Source of the DNA: a virus
Length of the DNA stretch: 64,000 nucleotides
Strand: one strand, 5' to 3'
Virus record (IMG/VR): IMGVR_UViG_3300037264_003623
Location: 1-64,000 of that record
This document shows, piece after piece, positions 8,456 through 15,637 of the stretch. Below the pieces are notes generated by a model. That model was not told the origin of the DNA, searched no databases, and worked only from the letters and a program-made list of their open reading frames with translations. Within the stretch, counting starts at the first letter, position 1. The number at the start of each line of letters is the position of its first letter. A program made the translations under genes and the position numbers.

Positions 8456-11045
8456 CATGGGACTCGTCGCCCACATCGTCCACGGCGGATGCTTCGGCGT
8501 CGTCGTGGAGCAGGGGGTGGGAGGCGAGCACCTGTTCGCGGAGGCGAGGGTCGCCTTCGACTACATCCTCGTCCACTACTCGAAGTACGGGAAGGTCCCG
8601 GACGCCGCGACGATCGAGAGGGACACGAAGGTGGTGGTTCCTCCCCTCTCCGACGTGAAGGAACCGGTCGGCTACTACATCGACAAGGTGAAGGAGCGGG
8701 CCAGGGACAACCTTGCGAAGGAGGGCGTCAAGAGCCAGGTCCGGGCGATGGAGTCGGGCCGGACGCAGGAGGCGATCGACGCCGCAGCCAAGCTCTCCGA
8801 GGACCTCGCCAGACTGAACCTCCAGTCAGACCCGGTCGACGACTGGACGAGGCGCACCGAGGATCGGGAGGCCGAGTACAACAAGGCGAAGCTGATCGGG
8901 ACCGGGCTCATGGGCGTCGAGACGCCGTGGCCCGGCCTGAACGAGCTGACGCAGGGGATCTGTGAGGGCGACTTCTGGGTGATGTGTGGCAGACCTGGAG
9001 AAGGAAAGTGTGTCGCCGCCGGGACGCGGTTGGTCGATCCGGAGACCGGGATTGTGCTACCGGTCGAGGATGTCGTGGCCCGAAGGCGCCGGGTTCTGAC
9101 GTTCGACCGGGGGGATGGTCGGGTGCGTCCCATTACTCCTGTGGCATGGGTGTCTACGGGGAGGAAGGAGTGTCTGGCCGTCACCGTGGGTATCGGGAGG
9201 AAGCTACTCGTCACGTCGGAGCACCCGCTTCTGACGAGCCGGGGCTGGGTGAGGGCGGACGAGATCGCGGTGTCCGACAAGGTGGTCTGCGCCGCGAGGA
9301 TCCCGGAACCCGAGATGCCCGTGGCGTTGCCGGATTGCGACGTGGATCTTCTGGCGATTCTGCTGTCGGAAGGTAGTTATAGCGGGAATCATGTCGGGTT
9401 CTCGACGTCCGATCCGGTCTTCCTGGATGTCGCGAGGAAGGCGGCCGAGGGGCTTGGGATGAGGGTCGTCTATAGGGGGATGTACGATTACGATTTCGTG
9501 GGGAGGATGGTAGACAACGGGAAGAGGTCGATCGCGAGGGCTTTCCTTGAAAAGTACGGCCTCGGGCGTCGCATCGCGAGGAAGAAACGTATCCCTGATG
9601 CCATATTTTCCATCCCGAATCAGCATCTATCGAGGTTCCTGACCGTTTTTCTGATGGCCGACGGGTACGTGTCCCAGAAGGAGACGGGGGTGACGCTCGC
9701 GTCCGAGGGGATGATCGACGACATCCAGACATTGCTGCTCAGATTCGGTGTCGTCGCCAGGAAGAGATACAAGCGGTCCCGTTGCGGGGGGAAGGAGTTC
9801 GACGCATGGAAGCTCCGGGTGGATTCGTGGTGCTATCCCAACGTCAAGGGAGCTCTTTGCGGGATGTGGGGGGAGAAGGGGAGGCGGCTGCGGTCTCTTG
9901 AGGCGAGGGGGACTAACGTGGATAGCGTAGATGTCTCCGACAGGATGCGGTCCCAGATGGCCGATGCCTCCGAAAAGTATCGGAGGTCGGACGGCCCGAT
10001 CGCTGAGAGGCGCGGCCTGTTCAGGGACGCAGGGAGAAGGCTCGGACATGAGAAGGCCGAGGGACGGGACTTTATGGACAGGCATGGGTCCGGGAGGGTG
10101 TCGAGAAGGCTCTTGGCGGCGATCGTGGAGCAGGCGGACGGCCTTCTTGATGATCTGACGTGGATGACGAGCACGGACATAATGTTCGACGACGTCGTGT
10201 CCATCGAACGAGTCGGGGAGATGGACGTGTATGACATGAGCGTCGTCGGGACGCACAACTTCGTGGCCGAGGGGATCGTTTGCCACAACACTTGGTTCTT
10301 GGTGAAGATGGCGATGACGGCGTGGGCCAAGGGCGAGATTGTCCTTTTCATCTCGATGGAGATGAACAAGAGGAAGATCAAGCGGCGCATGGACGCCGTC
10401 CACCTGAAGCTGAACTACCACGACTTGAAGAGGGGGAAGCTCGGGATCGGGATCGAGGAGGAGTACATCAAGGCACTCAAGGAGCTCCGTGAGAAGCAGG
10501 CGGTGAACCCGCTCTATGTGGCCTCGGCGAGGAACGTCCGGCGCATCCGGGACATCGCCGTCCTGGTCCGTCTGTTCAAGCCCAAGGTGGTGTTCCTGGA
10601 CGGGCTCTACAAGCTCCGGCCCCCGAACATCGGGGTGTCCTCCTACTGGGAGCGCATCCAGGCGATCGCCAACGACCTCCAGCTCCTCGTCGGGGACATC
10701 GACACCAGGATGGTGGCGACGACTCAGCTCCGGCGCGAGGGCGGGAAGAACATGAAGAGGAAGCGCGGGGCGTCGGTGGAGATCGGGCTGGAGGACATCG
10801 CCTTCGCGGATGCCATCGGGCAGAACGCGGACGTGGTTCTCGGATTGGGCTCGACGAGGAGCATGAAAGACGATCACGAGCAGGTCCTCCAGGTGGTCAA
10901 GAACCGCGAGGACGAGAGGGGGGCGTGGCGCGTGAAGTTCGACCCCGGCTTCGGTGCCTTCGACGAGATCGAGCCCTACGAGCCCCAGACGACCCCGGAC
11001 GAGGACAGTGGGGGGGACGACGGGACGGTGGAGTACAGCCGATGA
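8442..11045 (+). CDS. dnaB: DnaB-like replicative helicase with intein
   Basis: GRPGEGK|T Walker A, FISMEM, VFLDG, TQLRRE, DAIGQNAD, KNR. Confidence 0.92.
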   Translation: MVSIDMGLVAHIVHGGCFGVVVEQGVGGEHLFAEARVAFDYILVHYSKYGKVPDAATIERDTKVVVPPLSDVKEPVGYYIDKVKERARDNLAKEGVKSQVRAMESGRTQEAIDAAAKLSEDLARLNLQSDPVDDWTRRTEDREAEYNKAKLIGTGLMGVETPWPGLNELTQGICEGDFWVMCGRPGEGKCVAAGTRLVDPETGIVLPVEDVVARRRRVLTFDRGDGRVRPITPVAWVSTGRKECLAVTVGIGRKLLVTSEHPLLTSRGWVRADEIAVSDKVVCAARIPEPEMPVALPDCDVDLLAILLSEGSYSGNHVGFSTSDPVFLDVARKAAEGLGMRVVYRGMYDYDFVGRMVDNGKRSIARAFLEKYGLGRRIARKKRIPDAIFSIPNQHLSRFLTVFLMADGYVSQKETGVTLASEGMIDDIQTLLLRFGVVARKRYKRSRCGGKEFDAWKLRVDSWCYPNVKGALCGMWGEKGRRLRSLEARGTNVDSVDVSDRMRSQMADASEKYRRSDGPIAERRGLFRDAGRRLGHEKAEGRDFMDRHGSGRVSRRLLAAIVEQADGLLDDLTWMTSTDIMFDDVVSIERVGEMDVYDMSVVGTHNFVAEGIVCHNTWFLVKMAMTAWAKGEIVLFISMEMNKRKIKRRMDAVHLKLNYHDLKRGKLGIGIEEEYIKALKELREKQAVNPLYVASARNVRRIRDIAVLVRLFKPKVVFLDGLYKLRPPNIGVSSYWERIQAIANDLQLLVGDIDTRMVATTQLRREGGKNMKRKRGASVEIGLEDIAFADAIGQNADVVLGLGSTRSMKDDHEQVLQVVKNREDERGAWRVKFDPGFGAFDEIEPYEPQTTPDEDSGGDDGTVEYSR
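9009..10289 (+). mobile_element. LAGLIDADG intein (427 aa) in the DnaB Walker A motif
   Basis: CVAAGT...TSEHP...LLSEGS...LMADGY...VYDMSV.GTHNFVAEGIVCHN / T. Confidence 0.93.
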
Positions 11046-13207
11046 GGGCAGAGGCGATCGTCAAGCTGGCGGACCTTCTTGGGGTGAGGGCGAAAGCGCC
11101 GAAGGCGACCTACGTCCTGATGGAGTGCTTTCCCCAGGGAACCAAGGTTCTCACGGACAAAGGAGTGCTGCCGATAGAGAGTGTCTCCATCGGGACTCGT
11201 GTGCTTTCTCTTGAGGGCGGATTTCAGCCCGTTGTGGCCCTGCATCAGAGGGAGTATTCCGGGATCTTGGTGAAGGTTTGGATCAGGGGGTTGAACTACG
11301 ACTTCGAGATGACGGCGAAGCATCGGGTGCCGGTATTTGTCGCAGAGACCGTTCGCAAGATGCGGGGGAGATTGAGACAGCGAGAGAATCGTTCTTCGGG
11401 TACATCATATGGTTTCTCCTCTATGCGGATGGATATTGATAGTGAAATTTGTGAGGCGAGGAACTTGTCGGTCGGGGATTTCCTTTCCGTTCCGCTGTCG
11501 CCCGATTCTGGTGAAGAAACAGTCGTGCTGGATGTCGATAAATACATCTATCGGTGCCCTATGCCGAAGGGCGGGGTGAGGGTTCCGAAGATCAAGGTAC
11601 CGACAGAGTATTGCATAGATGGGCGACTTTCCTATCTGTTGGGATTGTGGGTTGCAGAGGGTAGTGTGCTCAATGGATCCGGTCGTCCTGTCGCTCTCGA
11701 TTTTGCATTCAGGATGGGGGAGCCTGCTGTGGCGAGGTGTGTGAGACTGGTAAGGGATCTTTTCGGAATAGACCCGGCAGTTTACGAGAAACCAGAGGAG
11801 CATTCTTGCGTAGTTCGAGTCCATGATTGGCTCTTGTCCAGGTGGTTCCCGGACATTATGGGATGCGGAGCCGAAAACAAGCGGGTACCGGAGTTCATTT
11901 TCGGCGCTTCGGCGGATGTCTTGAGAGATTTCGTTGAGGGGATTCATGCCGGAGACAACGACGATCATGCTAAAAGGAAAAAGAAATATGAAGGATCGTG
12001 GCACGGCATCTCGACGATTTCGGAGCATCTGAGCTACCAGATACCAATCTTGCTCGCGAAGCTTGGGGTAGCATGTCGGAGAGTCAGGAGGGCGGAACGC
12101 AAGGATTTTGCCGGGGTGAAGCACAGGACTTCTTGGGGGGTGTTCTGGTCGCTTTCTCAATGGCATTGTGCGGGGCGGAGATTGGGCCGCAATATGGGTT
12201 ACCCGATTCGTCAAGTGGAATCTCGTGTTGGGAAGGAGATTGTTTACAATCTTACGGTCGCCGTTGACGAGACATATACTATCGGAAGTCTTGCGGTCAA
12301 GAATTGCCCGCTCGCCCCAGTGACCCACAAGACGGGTACGGATAACACGCCCAGCCTCTCCGTGCTGGTGAAGGACGGGGACCGGTCGGGCTGGATATGC
12401 CACTCGTGCGGGGCGAAGGGGACGCTCCCCGGTCTCGTGGTCCAGTGGGCGGTCTACTTCAACAAGGATCCCGGGCCTGCCCTGGACCTCATCAACCAGG
12501 AGGAGAACTCCGTCGAGGCGGTGTGCGGGCGCATCGACCACAGGTGGGACGAGAAGTGGAAGGAGCGCGACACGGCGGCGGTGGCGGGGGTGGACTTCGA
12601 GGTGTTTGGGGAGGTGGAGATCGCCCCGTTCATGGGGAAGGTTCCCAAGTACATCATCGATCGCGGCTTCTCCCTGGAAACGTGCAAGGCGTGGCAGCTC
12701 GGGTTCGACAAGGAGTGGAAGGACACGGATGGGAATCGTAGGCCCAGGCTGACGATCCCGATCCGGCGTAAGGACGGGAAGCTGGTCGGGATGGTGGGCC
12801 GGGCGCTCGATGACGGGAAGGGCGAGAAGTACTGGAACTACTGGCACTTCCACAAGAGCCGCTTCCTCTTCGGCCAGGATCGGACGGAGCAGGAGAAGAC
12901 GATCATCTCCGTGGTCGAGGGCTACCTCGATGTCATTCGGTGGTGGGAGTACGGGATCAACGTCGTGGGCATCATGGGGTCTCACCCGAGCGACGAGCAG
13001 GTCAGACTCCTGTCGTGCTACGAGGACATCTTCCTCGCGCTCGACAAGGACGACGCCGGGTTCAAGGGAAGGGACGAGATCGCGGCCCAGTTGAAGAACC
13101 GGGTCGCCCTATGGGATACGGAGTTCCCGGCGGGGAAGACGGATCCGAAGCAGCTCACGAAGGAGGAGGCGGAGTACTGCCTTCTGCACGCGAAGAAAAT
13201 CATCTGA
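11042..13207 (+). CDS. DNA primase (Zn finger + TOPRIM) with intein
   Basis: After intein removal: CPL...H...D.TPS...CHSCG zinc finger; VEGYLD, LDKDDAG, KTDP. Confidence 0.9.
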   Translation: MRAEAIVKLADLLGVRAKAPKATYVLMECFPQGTKVLTDKGVLPIESVSIGTRVLSLEGGFQPVVALHQREYSGILVKVWIRGLNYDFEMTAKHRVPVFVAETVRKMRGRLRQRENRSSGTSYGFSSMRMDIDSEICEARNLSVGDFLSVPLSPDSGEETVVLDVDKYIYRCPMPKGGVRVPKIKVPTEYCIDGRLSYLLGLWVAEGSVLNGSGRPVALDFAFRMGEPAVARCVRLVRDLFGIDPAVYEKPEEHSCVVRVHDWLLSRWFPDIMGCGAENKRVPEFIFGASADVLRDFVEGIHAGDNDDHAKRKKKYEGSWHGISTISEHLSYQIPILLAKLGVACRRVRRAERKDFAGVKHRTSWGVFWSLSQWHCAGRRLGRNMGYPIRQVESRVGKEIVYNLTVAVDETYTIGSLAVKNCPLAPVTHKTGTDNTPSLSVLVKDGDRSGWICHSCGAKGTLPGLVVQWAVYFNKDPGPALDLINQEENSVEAVCGRIDHRWDEKWKERDTAAVAGVDFEVFGEVEIAPFMGKVPKYIIDRGFSLETCKAWQLGFDKEWKDTDGNRRPRLTIPIRRKDGKLVGMVGRALDDGKGEKYWNYWHFHKSRFLFGQDRTEQEKTIISVVEGYLDVIRWWEYGINVVGIMGSHPSDEQVRLLSCYEDIFLALDKDDAGFKGRDEIAAQLKNRVALWDTEFPAGKTDPKQLTKEEAEYCLLHAKKII
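11126..12304 (+). mobile_element. LAGLIDADG intein (393 aa) in the primase zinc finger
   Basis: CFPQGT...TAKH...LGLWVAEGS...VYNLTV...LAVKN / C. Confidence 0.9.
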
Positions 13208-13214
13208 CGATCGG

Positions 13215-13242
13215 TTGACGAAGTAGCAAAAGATGGTATAAT
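13215..13242 (+). promoter_or_regulatory. Promoter TTGACG-N16-TATAAT with extended -10
   Basis: Consensus match upstream of the SSB gene. Confidence 0.75.
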
Positions 13243-13243
13243 A

Positions 13244-13351
13244 ATGGTTGCTGGATGGGGCGAATGCTCCATGAAGGAGGTGCGTCGTCAGGGCGACATG
13301 GTTGCGGTATGGGGTGCATGCCCCTGGAAGGAGGTGTACCGGCAGCGCGAC
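13244..13351 (+). repeat. 54-bp imperfect tandem repeat in the SSB leader
   Basis: Two copies, about 42/54 identical, each a hairpin followed by GAAGGAGGTG. Confidence 0.75.
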
Positions 13352-13410
13352 GAGATGGTGAGAGTCATTTTGGTGATAGTCGAAGCAGAGAAGATGAAAG
13401 GAACACTACG

Positions 13411-14232
13411 ATGAGCGATTGGTTTGACACCGGGAAGAGCGCGGTGGACCGCGCCAATCAGAAGTCCACGGGCAGCAAGATTTCCCTGCGGTTCTACCTC
13501 AAGCCCAACTCCGAGGCGACCGCCCTGTTCGTCGACGGCGACAACACTCCAGAGGAGCCGATCGGGAACTTCAAGGAGCACGCCTTCGAGACGACCGACG
13601 GCAAGTGGCCCAACTTCTGCACCTGCGTCGGTCCGGCGAAGTGCCCGGTGTGCAAGGAGGGCCTGCGGCCCTACGACGCATGGCCGCTGACCATCGTCCA
13701 GCTCCGGCCTTCGTGGACGGGGCGGGACGGCAAGGAGCACAAGTTCGAGCGCAAGCTCCTGATCGCCAAGAAGGAGGCGATGCAGAAGATCCTGCGGTTC
13801 GCGGCCCAGCGGAAGGGCCTCGTGGGCACGGTCTGGAACATCTTCCGCACGGGCGACCGCGCCTACACCATCGGCGACGACTGGCAGTTCGTCTCGAAGG
13901 TCGGCGGCGAGGGCATCCTCACCCCGGCCCAACGGCGGGTGGAGATGGCGAAGCCGTTCGACATCTCGGTCATCGGGTCGGACGGGAAGCAGATCGACAT
14001 CCGCGCCGAGATCCCGACCGAGAACGTCCAGCCGCTCAACTACCGGGAGCTGCTCAAGCCCAGGACCTACGAGGAGCTGATGCAGGACGGCATCGACTTC
14101 GAGGGGACGAAGCGCCGGGCGGCCTCCTGGGGCGACAAGGACGGCAAGGGGGGCGGAGGACGGGGAGGCCAGCGCGGCGGCGGGGGGCCGGGGGGCGGCG
14201 GGAAGGGCAGCGAGGACGAGGTTCCGTACTAA
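13411..14232 (+). CDS. Single-stranded DNA-binding protein, T4 gp32-like
   Basis: H...CTC...CPVC zinc site, Gly-rich linker, acidic-aromatic tail EDEVPY, strong codon bias, replication context. Confidence 0.75.
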   Translation: MSDWFDTGKSAVDRANQKSTGSKISLRFYLKPNSEATALFVDGDNTPEEPIGNFKEHAFETTDGKWPNFCTCVGPAKCPVCKEGLRPYDAWPLTIVQLRPSWTGRDGKEHKFERKLLIAKKEAMQKILRFAAQRKGLVGTVWNIFRTGDRAYTIGDDWQFVSKVGGEGILTPAQRRVEMAKPFDISVIGSDGKQIDIRAEIPTENVQPLNYRELLKPRTYEELMQDGIDFEGTKRRAASWGDKDGKGGGGRGGQRGGGGPGGGGKGSEDEVPY

Positions 14233-14250
14233 CCCGGGAGGTGTCCATTA

Positions 14251-14275
14251 GGGGGCCCTTCGGGGCTCCCTTTAT
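14251..14275 (+). terminator. Intrinsic terminator-like hairpin
   Basis: GGGGGCCC-TTCG-GGGCTCCC followed by TTTAT. Confidence 0.6.
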
Positions 14276-14277
14276 GT

Positions 14278-14354
14278 AGCGGGATTGAGGAGCTGGTTAC
14301 CTCGCCGGGCTCATAATCCGGAGCAGGTCGGTTCGATTCCGACTCCCGCTACCA
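14278..14354 (+). tRNA. tRNA-Met(CAT), initiator-like
   Basis: AGCGGGA/TCCCGCT acceptor, CCGGG-CTCATAA-TCCGG, TTCGATT loop, encoded CCA. Confidence 0.9.
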
Positions 14355-14691
14355 TTGATTCGTGTAGTTTTCGGTGACAGTTGGCACATAGGATAAGGCA
14401 CTTTGCGACTTCTTGAAGGATTTTGGCTTTCCCCCATCCTTTTTTGTGGATGAGATGGCTGATCGTGGTTTCCTTTAGGGAAGGATCGATGTGATGAAAG
14501 TCAAGGCAGATGATATCTGATTCTCCGCAAGTTTTGCATTTTAGGGTGGACTTGAGCGAGGCGATCCATGAGGCAAGACGATCCTCTCTTGAGCGGACGT
14601 ATTGAAGATGTCTTGCTCGATTTTTCCGATACTAGATTTTCATGTAGGCTGCGTGCTTTCGTGCGCCTTCTTTGGGATCTTTGTAGGGCAT
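14311..14691 (-). pseudogene. HNH endonuclease with premature TAG (absent from the ORF track)
   Basis: MPYKD...AYMKI*YRKN...CKTCG...CLDFHHIDP...KC..LCANCHRKLH; in-frame TAG at 14632-14634; final stop is antisense to the tRNA-Met anticodon loop. Confidence 0.85.
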
Positions 14692-14718
14692 GATGATCCT
14701 CATAACTAAACGTTGTGG

Positions 14719-15375
14719 TTATGATACCATGTTCGGGAGGCGATGGCAAGAGGGTTCGACTCCGGCTCCCGCAACCAGTTGCTCCCCAGGGATGGGGTGA
14801 TCGAATTCCCAATGATGATTGGGGCATAGGGCCACAAGGTTGTTGGCCGCGTTGATCTTGGTGAGTTTGGTTTCAGGGGGGAAATCCTTGACCGGTTTCT
14901 TGTGGCAGACTTCCGCATGGCGGGAGTAACTACAGACCTCACAGACGAGTTTTGGATGGGTTTTGAGGTAGACAGCGCGGGCATGAGAACGGATCACACT
15001 ATGAGAGGAACTTGGGGTATTCCTCGAAAAGATGTCTGCCTTCGTGAGGCGGGATGCGCGGCAGTCGTCGCACACCTCCCGCTTGAGGGTTTGTCCGGAA
15101 GGCCGTCTTTTCCTGGGAATCTCTTTTCCACAAGAGCGGCAGATGTCGTGCAACACTTTTCTGACTCGCTTGGAGGCATGAAAGAGGGCGTTGCACTGCT
15201 GATTGCAGAACCGTTTCACTTTGACGTCGGAAACCTTCTGCCCGTCGCGAACGGGGATGGGCTTCCCGCACGACAGGCAGATAACAGGGTTTGCGAGATA
15301 TCGGGCGATGGTGGCGGCGCGAAGTTTCAGTGCGGTTGCTTTTCCACCGGCTTGCTGGCCAGAAAGGGAAGGCAT
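14719..15375 (-). CDS. HNH endonuclease with Zn ribbons
   Basis: CLSCG, FCNQQC, CEVC..SRHAEVCH...NLVALCPNHHWEFD. Confidence 0.88.
   Translation of the reverse strand: MPSLSGQQAGGKATALKLRAATIARYLANPVICLSCGKPIPVRDGQKVSDVKVKRFCNQQCNALFHASKRVRKVLHDICRSCGKEIPRKRRPSGQTLKREVCDDCRASRLTKADIFSRNTPSSSHSVIRSHARAVYLKTHPKLVCEVCSYSRHAEVCHKKPVKDFPPETKLTKINAANNLVALCPNHHWEFDHPIPGEQLVAGAGVEPSCHRLPNMVS
14752..14777 (+). pseudogene. Orphan 3' end of a tRNA-fMet-like gene
   Basis: GGGTTCGACTCCGGCTCCCGCAACCA with no matching 5' half adjacent. Confidence 0.7.
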
Positions 15376-15412
15376 AGTAACCTCCGAACAGGTACTAACA
15401 AGATACTAACAT

Positions 15413-15465
15413 AGCGGGGTGGGGAAAGCAGGAGGTCGGCGGTTCAAGTCCGCCCCCCGCTACCA
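15413..15465 (+). ncRNA. 53-nt tRNA-like element lacking anticodon and D arms
   Basis: Perfect AGCGGGG/CCCCGCT acceptor, GGCGG-TTCAAGT-CCGCC T arm, ACCA end, only an 18-nt connector. Confidence 0.7.
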
Positions 15466-15520
15466 GGGTGAAGAGAATGGCGGATTCATGCAGAAGGGGA
15501 GTCCGCGTTCCGTCCCCGAA

Positions 15521-15593
15521 GGGCGGATAGCTCAGCCGGTAGAGCGCCACGCTGATAACGTGGAGGCCGGGCGTTCGACTCGCCCTTCGCCCA
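15521..15593 (+). tRNA. tRNA-Ile(GAT)
   Basis: GGGCGGA/TTCGCCC, CCACG-CTGATAA-CGTGG, TTCGACT. Confidence 0.9.
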
Positions 15594-15637
15594 TGAGACG
15601 GCGGAAGGGCGCGGCCACGGTTCGGCATCGAGCTCAC

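Noticed and set aside
15419-15637. N-terminal 73 codons of the polA ORF call
   Set aside because: They run through the mini-tRNA and tRNA-Ile; ATG 15638 is the plausible start.
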